Shown: positions 12,401-25,600 of the stretch, in pieces
Layout of the letters: every line of letters begins with the position of its first letter
Numbering within the stretch: the stretch's first letter is position 1
Assembly (NCBI RefSeq): GCF_039654945.1
Contig: NW_027361689.1
Span: 31,744,001 to 31,808,000 of the forward strand
Reading direction: 5' to 3'
Length of the DNA: 64,000 bases
Origin: Dendrobates tinctorius
Taxonomy: Eukaryota
Translations under genes and position numbers: made by a program
Notes under the pieces: model-generated
The model's input: only the letters and a program-made list of their open reading frames with translations
Database searches by the model: none
What the model was told of the DNA's origin: nothing

Positions 12401-15400
12401 GAAAGGGTCGGTGCGGAGACTAATCCCACCACTGCACTAACAACACACATGAGGAAAGAGACAATACAGGGGAAACACCACTTAGCTTTGCTCTGTTGCG
12501 TACGCTCCTAGCAACAGAGCCCACCACCTGTGTGCATCTTCTCCTCCACCCTGATCCATCACCATAACTGGATCCATCACCATCGTGCAGCCTGGGAGCA
12601 GAGTCCATCACCACTTGCAGCAGTCCAGTACACAGAGTCCCAAGATGAGTCCAGCCTCTGCCAAGAATCCAAGCATGCTCGAGTCCAGTTCTCAGCAACC
12701 AAGTCGAGCATGCTGAGTGCAACTCTCTTCCTAGTCGCCACTCCTCTAAGCCATGCCCGCACTTCCTGCCGACACCATAAACTGCGACTCCACCAGGCCA
12801 TGCCAGTCCTTCCTGCAGACACCATTAGCTGGCACTCGTTCTCTCTGGCTGACTGCGCAGGGCTCCAATCCAGCTCCATCCTTCCACCAGGCTCTCCAAC
12901 AACTCAGCAAGAAATATCACCAGCAGTGAGTGAACACCCTGAGACCCATTTATAGAGTGTCACACCTGAACCATAATTAAGTGCAACCTAACCTAAGGTG
13001 CAATACCACAACCACCACCGGGGACAGTCAAAACACCTTTGAACTTAACCAAAGTAAAAAAAGTTCACTTTGTGCTTTTAATACCGCCAGATCCAACACT
13101 GGATCACGACAGTAATGACCAGATCAGAAGCAGCTGAAACGAAGCTGCACATTTTTGACAAGCATAGAAAGTGTTAACTTTTTCAGCACTAGAGGAAACT
13201 AAATTAATTTAATAAGGGACGCAAATCACACCATCTCTAAAGACCTGCTTTCATTAGCCGACATGACCCTCTAACTCCAGGTCTTCCAGAGGGATATGAT
13301 TCCCCCGTGACAGTGGCACTGAAGAGAAACAAGAGCTGCTGGGAAATATAGTTTTAGCAATGTATTAATAGTATGGCGCCTTTGGCAATGTGAAGGTGCA
13401 CATAAAGATGAAAAAGACATAAAAGTGTAAGAAAGAAACGTTATGTTGGGCTCATTCTGTATGTTAACAGTAGGTATACATTTACTGTGCTTTGCAAAAA
13501 ATAATATGGATTTGGGCAATAACTCCTTAAAGTCTCCTATAAGTTCCTTCTGATTGTCCTCACATTACAGACTAACCTAAGTATAATTGCCAACCTATAA
13601 TTATCTTCTGATCTATATAAAACTGTGCACTTAGTATAATTATACATGAATGAATATTTAGATGGGTGTGATTGGTGTAACTTCCCTATATATTATCACT
13701 TATTACAGTTTACTCATGCTAGCAAAAAAATAGTAATTAAAAATACCTGAGTTAGCTATCTGTTGCTGGGAAAGCTAGATGACTTAACTAGGATAACTAA
13801 AATGGTGGACATTATAGAGGGGGATACTCTGATTTTATTACCAAATGCGTAATACCACATTTCTCCTGTAGTGGTCAGTGGAGAAGAAACGTGCTGCTGC
13901 TCACAGCCTCTTATGACGATCACTGCTGATCAATGGCAGGTCTGCCAACTTAGCTATCATCAGTAACATTATAATGGTGGTACCACATTGGTGGTCAACC
14001 AGGTTTTTAAAAAAGAACCTGCCAGTAGATATGAAGCATGCATGAGAAAACATGTCTTGAAAACCCGGCTGGGGACTTTATGGCTCGGCTAACTAGTACT
14101 AGAGGCGGGCCCACAGCGGCTTATCTCTTCCCCAAAACTCTTTGATTGACAGGTGTGTACACAAAGTCAAAAGGGAGCAGAGTGAGGAGACGCTGCCAAG
14201 GGCCTCAGCAATTTAGACGGCCGAGACAGTCCCCGGCCGGGTTTTCAAAGTATACTGTGGTGTTTTAAAACATGCTGCCCAAGAAAGGTTCCCTTTAAGA
14301 AAGAAATGCTCTTTGAACCCTCTTTTTCTATAACGTGAAGTATCAAACACTGTACGTTACCATTCCCATTAACAAAATATAGTGAGCAAATAAATCCCAT
14401 ATGTTATCTTATCTAATCCTACAGGTCAGGGCTTGTCGCCAGGTGTGACCTGCAACTGAAATATGTGCAAAGTCCTGATCACATAAGAAGTCGGTTTACA
14501 CTACTTAATCAGCCGTCAGGGTGAGACATTTAATAAATCAAACTAAAATCCCCAATTTATAAATTGGGATTCTCATAAAACGCAGATCAGATAATCCAGT
14601 ATAATTTGTAAGGATTAAAGTAAAGTGTCTACAAGAAACTAAAAAGAGATTTAACCAGTTTATTTCTACAAAATATTAATTACTTCTAAATTTCTCATGC
14701 GTTTTAACCACACCTATCCCCAAAAATTAAAATACAAAAAACAAAAAGGAATCAGTCTTTTAAAACATATTGTTCCTCCAGAAAATAAATAATGTACCTG
14801 ATCTACTGTATGTGTACTGTGTCATGCTCACAGAAGTCTAGGAAGGCGCGTTACAGTTGACTGTTTGATGAGGTCTTCACATTGAAAAACTACTGCGACT
14901 ACCCTAGACTTGATGAGCACTATGGTCATAAGGAGTTACTTTCCCAAATGAACAAAAATTGAGGCAAAAAAGGGGATCTGTTACAATACAAACTGCCCAC
15001 ATTAATAAATAGATCTCTTAGTCTCAGACCTGATATGGCTCCTGGAGGTATTTTGTGTTAAACTTTGAAAAAGAATTGTTCAGCCATTTTTATATTAATT
15101 TTTAATCTCCACCCACTTAGCCTGATTGAAAACTCCACAGTGTCTCTCCTACCTGCTGGTCAATATTCATCCACCTAGCCTGATTCACTGTCTCTCAGTG
15201 TCCCTTCTTCCTGCTGCTGAATCCCCACCCATGTAGCCTGACACACAGTTCCTCAGTGTCTCTCCTCCCTGCTGTTGTATTTCTATACACTTTGCCTGAT
15301 TCACTGTCTCTCAGTGTCCCACCTCCCTGCTGCTGAATCTTCACCAACCAAGCCTGACAGACAGTTCCTCAGTGTCTCTCCTCCATGCTGCTGTATCTCC

Positions 15401-16613
15401 ATACACTTTGACTGATTCAGTCACTCAGTGTCCCACCTCCCTGCTGCTGAATCTTCACCAACCAAGTCTGACAGACAGCTCCTCAGTGTCTATCCTCCCA
15501 GCTGCTGCTGAATCTCCACTCACCCAGTCTGAAAGCTCCAGTGTCTATCCTCCCTGCTGCTGAATTCCCACCCACCTAACCAACAGCTCTTCAATGTCTC
15601 TCCTCCCTGATGCTGTATCTCCACCCACCTAGCCTGACTGACAGCCCCTCAATGTCTATCCTCCCTGTTGAATCTCCATCCACCTACCCTGAACCAGTCA
15701 GTGTTCTACCTCACTGCTGCTGAGTCTCCACCCACCAAGCCTGACTGACAGATCCTCAGTGTCCCACCTCCCTTCTGCTGAGTCTCCACCCACCAAGCCT
15801 GACTTACAGCTCCTCAGTGTCCCACTTCCCTTCTGCTGAGTCTCCACCCACTTAGGCTGACTGACAGCTCCTCAGTGTCCCACCTCCCTGCTGCTGAGTC
15901 TCCACCCACCAAGCCTGACTAACAGCTCATTAGTGTCCCACGTCCCTTCTGCTGAGTCTCCACCTACCAAGCCTGACTCACAGCTCCGCAGTGTCCCACC
16001 TCCATGCTGCTGAGTCTCCACCCACCAAGCCTGGCAACTCATCAGTGTCTCTCTCCCCTGCTGTTGCTGAATTTTCACTCACCCAGTCTGAAAGCTCCAT
16101 AGTGTCTCTGCTCTCTGCTGCAGAATCACCACCCACCTGACAACTCCTGTGTGTCTCCTCCCTGATGCCGTATCTCCACACACCTTGCCTGACTGACAGA
16201 TCATCAGTGTCTCTCCTCCCTGCTGCTGAGATCTTAGCTCAGTACAAACTGCAGATGTCAGTCAGGCTGGATGGGCATAGATCGAATACAGTCATGAAAT
16301 CTTGCACTCTATACCATAGCAGAACGCATAAAAATACTCATTTTAATTTCATGATTATACAGCCATTCTGACTCACAGAGTCTTAGACACCCGCTCAATA
16401 TTGTATACAGTTTGCAATGTGAAATCTAGTGACAGATCTGCTTTAGAAGGTCTCTGCATAGAAAATAGAAATTATGCTTCACAGCCTGGTCTAATTAGAC
16501 AAATAGTATTAGAGTGAACACAGAGCTGAATTTGTAAATTATAATTATACTGTATATCATTATAACTAACCGTAGTTAGTTACTATGCCCGGGCAGCGCC
16601 GGGATCTTCAGCT

Positions 16614-16665
<52 letters not shown>

Positions 16666-19600
16666 CGTAGTGTATAGGCCCGCCCACTCTGCATAGCCAC
16701 ATTTACTATAATATCCCACATCGTCCCGTCAGCCAGAGCCACCGGACTACTACCCCTAATATCCCACATCATCCCATCAGCCTGGGGTCAGAAGCAGAAC
16801 GCTGAGTGGAACGGTCCTAACTTCCATACCGGAGATCCCTTTAAGAGAGGCCTGGCGTCAGAACCAGAGCGCTGAGTGGATTTGCCTTGACTTCCATACC
16901 AATGATCCCTTTAATAGAAGCCTGGGGGTGAGAATCAGAGCGCTGAGGGATTTACCCTAACTTCCATACCGGAGATCCCTTTAAGAGAGACCTAGGGTCA
17001 GTACCGAAGCGCAATTCGGATTTGCCCTCACTTCCATACCGGGGATCCCTTTAAGAGGGGCCTGGGGTCAGAATCAGAGCGCAGAGTGGATTTGCCCTCA
17101 CTTCCATACCGGGGATCCCTTTAAGAAGCCTGGGGCCAGAACCAAAGCGCTGGATGGATTTGCCCTGACTTCCATACCAATGATCCCTTTAATAGAAGCC
17201 TGGGGTCAGAATCAGAGCGCTGAGGGATTTGCCCTATTTTCCATACCGGAGATCCCTTTAAGAGAGGCCTGGGGTCAGTACCAGAGTGCTGAGTGGATTG
17301 CCCTCACTTCCATACTGAGGATCCCTTTAAGAGACCCTGGGGTGAGAACCAGAGCGCTTAGTGGAATTGCCCAGACTTCCATACCAATGATCCCTTTAAG
17401 AGACCCTGGGGTCAGAACCACAGCTCTGAGGTCCTAATTCCATACCGGGGATCCCTTTAAGAGAGGCCTGGGGTCAGTATCAGAGCACTGAGGGATTTGC
17501 CCTAACTTCCATACTGGAGATCTCTTTAAAAAGAAGATGTGCCTATGGAATGGAGGATGTGTGATGAGGATATGGGCACAGGAGGGGGTGATTCACTTCT
17601 GTCATGTTCTCTCTGCTCCTTTCTCGGGGTCAAACAATGGCTGGGAGCTTATGTTCCCAGGGAAGCTAGATTTCTCCCACCATGTCAGTATCGGCTGAGG
17701 TGTTGTCAAGTGGGAAAACTGTTGGTCATAGCAACCAATCACGGCTCAGCTTCTTTTAAACAGCTCTGGTGAAATGAAAGATGTTTCCTGATTGGTTGGT
17801 GATACACACATACATACATTCAATTTTATACATATAGATGGTCTGCTTTCTGGGCACTTTTTAACATTACTGCCTGTATTTTTGGCTAAAAACATTTTTA
17901 CATCGTGCTTTTATTAATATTTTTGGACTTCCACAGCCTTTATATATCAGTTTTTATTCAACAGTGTGTTCGTTCTGACGGCAGGGTCCAACTTTCAGCC
18001 AGTCATGGATGGGATAAATATTTACTAATAAAGTCGACTGTAATTTCCTAATTTATTCTTACAGAGGGTTGTCCAAAATGTCTTTCGAAAACGGCGCCAC
18101 ACCTGTCCATAGGTTGCATCTAGTATTGCAGCTGAGCTCCCCAGAAATGGCCTTATGGAGGCACCTAAAGGTTCCACGTCATGCACCAGATAGACAGGAG
18201 GTAGGACGACTACAGACAGGTCCTAAATTATCCACAATGGTTTTCTCACTTCTTCCTTGTTTATTCAGCAGCTCCTGACACGGCGGATGGGAAGTCCCAT
18301 AAATTCTGACTACATAAATCTTTGCTCGATCCTCTTTAATCTCTGGATAAAATCACCTATGTGTAGCAGATTTACAGGAACTTAAATGGGGACTTGCGAA
18401 TGATCCGTAGACGGAAAAATGACAATATTTATGGTATGAACAGAAGTATCATCTATTTATCCAACCTGTCAACATCATCTCAGAGTAATAATAAGGTTGC
18501 CATTTAATTAGCCATAACCCCAGGGGAAGGCGAGTTTCCGCTGACTGTCGTGACTAAATAAGTAGGGGGTAGGAAATAATGAAAATAGTCATTAGATGTT
18601 CTGGGCAGTCAGAATATGATCCAAGCTCTTCTCCAGAAGGCAGAAAATGGCTTCTTTAATGCCACCGATTGGATGTAGTTCCCAGGGGTGGACAGACAGA
18701 AGACGGCCCCTGAGCAAGAACATTACATGAGCCCTTTGCAGTCAAATAGCTCATCAGAATGCACAATTCCACCTGCTTTGGAGCTGGATGTTGACTCCCT
18801 AGTTTTGACTTGGCTTGCATTTTGACTTGCTTCTGTCTTTTGTCTTTGTCTTATCTGCTTCCGACCATTGCTGACCCACTGGCTTGTTTCTCACCACGTA
18901 TACTGCTGTGACCTCTAGTACTTCTGCTCCTGGCTGTTTCTGACTCGGCTTGTCTGACCACTCTTTCGCCACCTGGTGGCATTTGTGCTGCTGCTCAGTG
19001 TTGCTATGCTGTGTGTGCAACCTCTCTTCTCTCACCAGCACCCCCTGGTGGAGGTTGCGCTATACTGCACTGCAGTAGCCTGACACTCTTAAAATGCATC
19101 ATTCACCAGTTTTTGCACATTTAGCTGAACACATCATGGATTAGAGGATCTAGAGTTGGATAAACATAGTTTTTATCTTTTAACTTGTCCTCTCTGTAGC
19201 GGAGATATTAGCCTGAAAAATTTAGGTTATAATTAATTACGACAAGCTGGTTTGACTCTGAGGGTGTGAGAGTGGAGCGTGTGGCTGCATGTATTGCTAT
19301 GCGGCTGCACGCTCCGATCCGAGTGCCGGCCACAGTGCCTGGTATTAACATGTGACACTCGTCCGAGTTTCTCGCATGTGTGATCCTGGCCTAACCTAAA
19401 TTTTACAAGCTAATATTCATACCTACTACTTATGATTGGTCAACATCATAAAGGGAAAGAAGTACACGCCCTCAGAGTCAAATCAACATGTCGTAATTAA
19501 TTATAACCTAAATTTTATGACTCTGAGGGCATGTACTTCTTTCCCTGTAGGACGTTGACCAATCATAAGTAGGAGGCGTGAAGCTAAGTAGGAGGTGTGA

Positions 19601-22600
19601 AGCAGAGGGGAAAAAAAAAAGAAGTTGTAATAATAGAGAACCGTGCTCTCTGCAACTACTGTGATGAGCATATAGCAGAGCCCAGTGATTACTGCAGCCT
19701 TCAGCTCAATAATTAGAACACAGCTGAGAGTGATTAAAAACACCTCTGCAGCTGCAGCTCTCCCTCCATGGCTCTGTCAGCTCAGTGTTATCCCCCTCAC
19801 ACCTCAGACTACAATGAAATGAAAGCTGGGGGTGCTCTATACTACGCAGCAGGTGCAGAGATCAAGGCTGAGAACAGGACTATGTCATCAAATGTCTCAC
19901 AGGAGAAAGAAAGGATGTTCTTCTGAATCTCTGGGTTTTGTGTTTTTTTTCCCCTGCATGATTCCTTCAGCTTATGATTGGTCAACATCATGCAGAGTAA
20001 AAATACATACCCTTAGAGACAAATCTCTGGAAATGCTCCAATGGGCTTATTATTATGGACTTATTATTATTTGGATAGTTATTATATACTAAATATATTT
20101 ACCGTATACACTCACTGGCCACTTTATTAGGTACACCATGCTAGTAACGGGTTGGACCCCCTTTTGCCTTCAGAACTGCCTCAATTCTTCGTGGCAGAGA
20201 TTCAACAAGGTGCTGGAAGCATTCCTCCGAGATTTTGGACCATATTGACATGATGGCATCACACAGATGGCGCAGATTTGTCGGCTGCACATCCCTGATG
20301 CGAATCTCCCGTTCCACCACATCCCAAAGATGCTCTATTGGATTGAGATCTGGTGACTGAGGAGGCCATTTGAGTACAGTAAACTCATTGTCATGTTCAA
20401 GAAACCAATCTGAGATGATTCGAGCTTTATGACATGGCGCATTATCCTGCTGAAAGTAGCCATCAGATGTTGGGTACATTGTGGTCATAAAGGGATGGAC
20501 ATGGTCAGCAACAATACTCAGGTAGGCTGTGGCGTTGCAACGATGCTCAATTGGTACCAAGGGGCCCAAAGAGTGCCCAGAAAAAATTCCCCACACCATG
20601 ACACCACCACCACCAGCCTGAACCGTTGATACAAGGCAGGATGGATCCATGCTTTCATGTTGTTTACGCCAAATTCTGACCCTACCATCCGAATGTCGCA
20701 GCAGAAATCGAGACTCATCAGACCAGGCAACGTTTTTCCAATCTTCTACTGTCCAATTTCGATGAGCTTGTGCAAATTGTAGCCTCAGTTTCCTGTTCTT
20801 AGCTGAGAGGAGTGGTACCCAGTGTGGTCTTCTGCTGCTGTAGCCCATCTGCCTCAAAGTTCGACGCACTGTGCATTCAGAGATGCTCTTCTGCCTACCT
20901 TGGTTGTAACGGGTGGCAATTTGAGTCACTGTTGCCTTTCTATCAGCTCGAACCAGTCTGCCCATTCTCCTCTGACCTCTGGCATCAACATGGCATTTCC
21001 GGCCACAGAACTGCCGCTCACTGGATTTTTTTTCTTTTTCGGACCATTCTCTGTAAACCCTAGAGATGGTTGTGCGTGAAAATCCCAGTAGATCAGCAGT
21101 TTCTGAAATACTCAGACCAGCCCTTCTGGCACCAACAATCATGCCACGTTCAAAGGCACTCAAATCACCTTTCTTCCCCATACTGATGCTCGGTTTGAAC
21201 TGCAGGAGATTGTCTTGACCATGTCTACATGCCTAAATGCACTGAGTTGCCGCCATGTGATTGGCTGATTAGAAATTAAGTCTTAACACACAGTTGGACA
21301 GGTGTACCTAATAAAGTGGCCAGTGAGTGTATATGTTTCTGTGTTGGTTATGTAAACTTTTAGTAGCATTTTTAAATGCTTTATGCTACATTTTCTAATT
21401 ACATATTTTTGCTTCTTATTTGTATAGACAACAGAAATTGTAACCACCTCGAAACCCTTGTGAGACACGATTGGGACGTCGATAACATTTTTCTGCTCGT
21501 TTGTGGAATCGTTCACATGGACCATCACACTGAACTCCACAATGTAGTCAGCGGGTAGGAGGACAGGGGTAGGGACGCAAAAATGTCGTAGAGCAAGTAA
21601 TTTCTGACTGCCGGCAGCATCCATCTGAGCTCTGCCTTAATGATTACTGCTAGTAGGGCTACACAAGCGAATACTAATGAAATGATAGGTATATGTACCA
21701 CAGAGGCGCTAGCAAAAAAACCTGCATTATTAACAAATGTATAGTGGGAAGTCGTCTAATGGTCCTGGAAATGACAACAACATGTGGCCCACTTGGGCGC
21801 TCTGTATTCTATGTATGATGGAAAATTGGTTCTCAATAAGTCTAGGGCTACATTTCAACATGTTTACCATGCCTGCAGCTCTCTGAAAAGTCATGGAAAA
21901 AAAAAAAAAATTCTGCGACTATTTTTTTTGGCTGCAATATTTCTGATTGTAGTACAGCCAATTTGCAGACAAGTCACCTATCACCTATCACGTGCGACTT
22001 GCAACCAGAGACCGAAAGTCCAACAGATTTGGAAACATAAGCAACCCTAAATCGCAGAATGCCGCATGTCGCACCATAGGAAGTCATTCCATCCAACGTT
22101 GCCGTGCGTGATTTTAGTGTCGCACAACACATATCATGTGTAGCCTTAGCCCTGCAACATACTGCGCCGCAGTCGAATGTTTTTCCAAATTTGTAGTCTT
22201 AAATGTAACTCCTAGGCAACATACTTGCCATAGACTTCAATGCATGTTGCACGCAACATGTGACTCTCATACAATGCGTCTGTTTTAAATAGCAGCATAA
22301 TCACAGTTTTAATATAGACGCCAGATAGAAGACTTTTCTGAAACTTCAAATCCCGGAGAGACAGAAGAGTCTGGGGATACAAGCTCAGCACACATACTGA
22401 CAATGGCTGCAGGTTGCATGGATTTATGCATTTCTTCATCAATTCAGGAATGTGCACCTCAGACCTCCTGGGGTCATCACAGCCCCAACCAAACCTCCAT
22501 TAGCGGACAATAAAACCTTCACACTCCTTATCTATGACCTGCAGAATTATTTACTGCCAAAACTGTTTCTCCCCTCCCCATACTGATCTAGTTCTACTTC

Positions 22601-25600
22601 ACATCACTTGTTTTATTAATTCACTATTCCTATGTCTTGTTGCATATAAACATGCAACTTTTTACATATTGCGTTAAAGTGGTTGTGCACAATGTTTGTT
22701 TGGTCAGGATTTTCCAGAGCAGTTGGGTGTGTGACTGCAAGAATGTGATTTGAATACATGTGGTCACATGCTGACTAGACGTGCTCAATACAAGTGAATT
22801 TAGCAAAGCCGGACACAACTAGTCAGTGTGTGGCCAGAAGTATACAAATCACATACTATGACCGCCGGTACCAAAGAGCTGTGACTGCACGCTCTTTTTT
22901 GTGCTGTAAGGATTCACAAGTGTGAAGTCACATAGAGCCCCAAGCCGGGACAAATCCTTTAAAGGGAGTCGATCACCCCCAAAACTAAAATTGTACTATT
23001 TAGACATTCATATAGGGAACTCAGCCACCAAAAATATCAGGCTAGATTTTATTAATTTAGTTTTGTATAAAAACAGTTTTATCACATATGTAAGCGAGGG
23101 GCTTCGGTGCGCGTTTCAAACAGTCACAATTTGGCAGTGTGCAGTCACATAGAGTCACCGCAGACTTATCTTCAGCCCTTTTTAAAGATAGTCTTGTCTT
23201 CTTGTAACTCTAGGTAAAAAAAAAAAAATCCACCCTGGCACTACCTATGGCTGAAACTATACAATGCTCTCATCTGTAAATCCAACAAATGCCTGGGTGT
23301 AATGGCCCTGTTCTAGACTACTAGCATACCTGTGCACAGGCCTCAGCCTTAAAGGCATTTTCTTATGTATTTCAAGTGTCTAGAAAAGCACCTATAGACT
23401 CATAGGCCCAGATTCATCAAATAGTTCACACCAGAAACCTGGCATAAAAAAAACACTTTGAAAAGTTGCAAACTTGTTTTGCAAAAATTTGAGACTTTTG
23501 GCGTTTTCGTCCGTTTAGTGTATCGTTCAATTTACTGTACATCATTTTTTGGGGTGTAGAGAATGTAAGAAAAATAATTGCGTCGTGATTTTTGTTTTTC
23601 ACACATAATAATTTGGCTTACGTGTACTTTACTGGCAGGTCCGAATACAATAGTATTTTTGTTACACCGCCAGTAAATGGCCAGGAGCAGAGACTTCTAC
23701 GGGTCAACTACGTGTCCAACTGGCAAACATTGTGTGACCGTGTGAACGTTCTGAAATAATTGTACAGCATGGAACCAAATACGTTTACATCAGAGGACAC
23801 TTAAGCTTTGTCAAGTTGCGACATTTCTGCAACCATTATTTAAATGAGGCTACTTGCGTTTTTTTCCATCAATTTTTATCGTGTTTTTGCACTTTTTGTC
23901 TCTTTTTGGCGTGTCATGCTTTAAATGAAGCTGCTTTGTTTTTGATACTTCCTGGTATGTGGCTCTGACAAAACTTTATTGATACAGTCATGTGCGGATT
24001 ATGTGTGTTTTTTACATTAATGCAATTCTATGGGGAAAACTTGCACAGAAATCTCAAGGTATCAGCAAGAGAAATTGATGGGTTGCGGATTTGAAACCCG
24101 CACCGCAGGTCAGCTTATTCTACGTAAAAAAAAAGGAGCACCGTGGTCATGAGACTTCTATAAATCCCATCCACCATGCTGGAACTGTAAGTGAAAATAT
24201 ACAGCGTCATACACTCATCGTGGAAAAGGAATGTAGCCTAAGGGGCAGCTTGTACGTGGGAAACTCCAGCTCCACAATACAAAATATGTCACTGACCTAG
24301 AATCTACTAGCTTCCATTCTTCCAGTTGTCATACTGGTATGTTCTTGTATGGCAGAGACATCTGGGGCCCTTTAGTCACCAGGGTCTTGGTCTAATCGTT
24401 ACTGTCGGACTTCCTATACCTATATACCTGATTCCAATATAAACACGCACAACAGTCCTGATTTTGCTGGAACAATCTTGAGAATTGGACCAAAAAAAAT
24501 TCTTCCCAAAATGGCAGTTTTCGGGGTGTGTCATGGGCGAAGCCCGTTTAGATTTTTGCCTTCTAAGGCCTCATTCAGTCATTTGTTTTTCACGTACGTG
24601 TCCCGTGTTTTTCACGTGTAGAACATGCACCTAAAGAGCTATGTACCTGTGTGGCTTTTGTGAAAAAAAAATGGAGACAGGGTCGTTTTTGATTAGGATC
24701 ACGGATCAAAATTACCCGTACAAGTCTATCGGTCAGAGACAATCATGGGCAACACACGGATGGAGATCAACATTGCATTGGAGTGGAGAGGCTTTGTAAT
24801 TTATTTTTTCATACATGAAATGTCATTAATGGTAAAAACTACCAACAGACCAAAACAGTGATGAAAATCGGATTTATTTTGTTTTTTGCGTACGTGAAAA
24901 ATCACAGACTTCCGAATGAGGTCTTAAGCTGGGTTCAGACCGCCATATTGAAAATCGGGGACTTGATTAGTTCTGTGTGCTCAGCTGCATGGCACAATGG
25001 CTACAACCGGTCTGTTGGTATAGTGATCAAAAACACTCATCTAAATAAGCTCTTAAGGGGGTCTTCTGGTTTTCATAGACACAAGCAGTTTTGCGATTTG
25101 CAGCTTATAATTTTCAGACCCTCTTTGAGCCATGAAAGAGACTCACCAGATTCATGCTGCCCAAACCTCAGACAGCATGGATCAGAGCCTGGATGAATGA
25201 TTGCAGTTTCTGAAATGGTCCAGCGTTTCATAGAAGATATTGTTTAAAGGTCGGCCGCGGACCACATGCAGAAGTGCGAGTCCAGAGCTGCCCACTGCGG
25301 GCACCTACCAGCCCCATTGCAGGTGACTGACAGGTCTCTTCCATAGCAAGAAACTTGTCTAGCACATAGAGCAGTGCTGGGAAACGCCGGCCAGCGGCAA
25401 TGCCGAATGACTCTAGTCTCCCGCTAATCTTCTCTGGTGTTTCAAAGAAAAACATACCTGTCTGCAATTGTGCAGCGAGGCTCTGATTCATGATGTCTGT
25501 GCTTGGGCAGAATGAATAAGCTGACAGGTTCCTTTTAACACTTTTCTTATCATTTGTTTACAGCTCATTCCTTGGAGATCGACCACCTCTGCCAGACAGC

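Larger units (their letters stand above)
10766..13312. mobile_element. Outer solo LTR (about 650 bp net) hosting two nested solo LTRs
   Basis: Termini TGTCACG...CGTGACA; flanks gcagc and gtggc are both derivable from gcggc by CpG decay. Confidence 0.6.

Noticed and set aside
21283-21624. 113-aa ATG ORF next to the transposon
   Set aside because: No recognisable domain, and it runs into the transposon TIR. Its sequence is somewhat CpG-rich and featureless but not enough to call.
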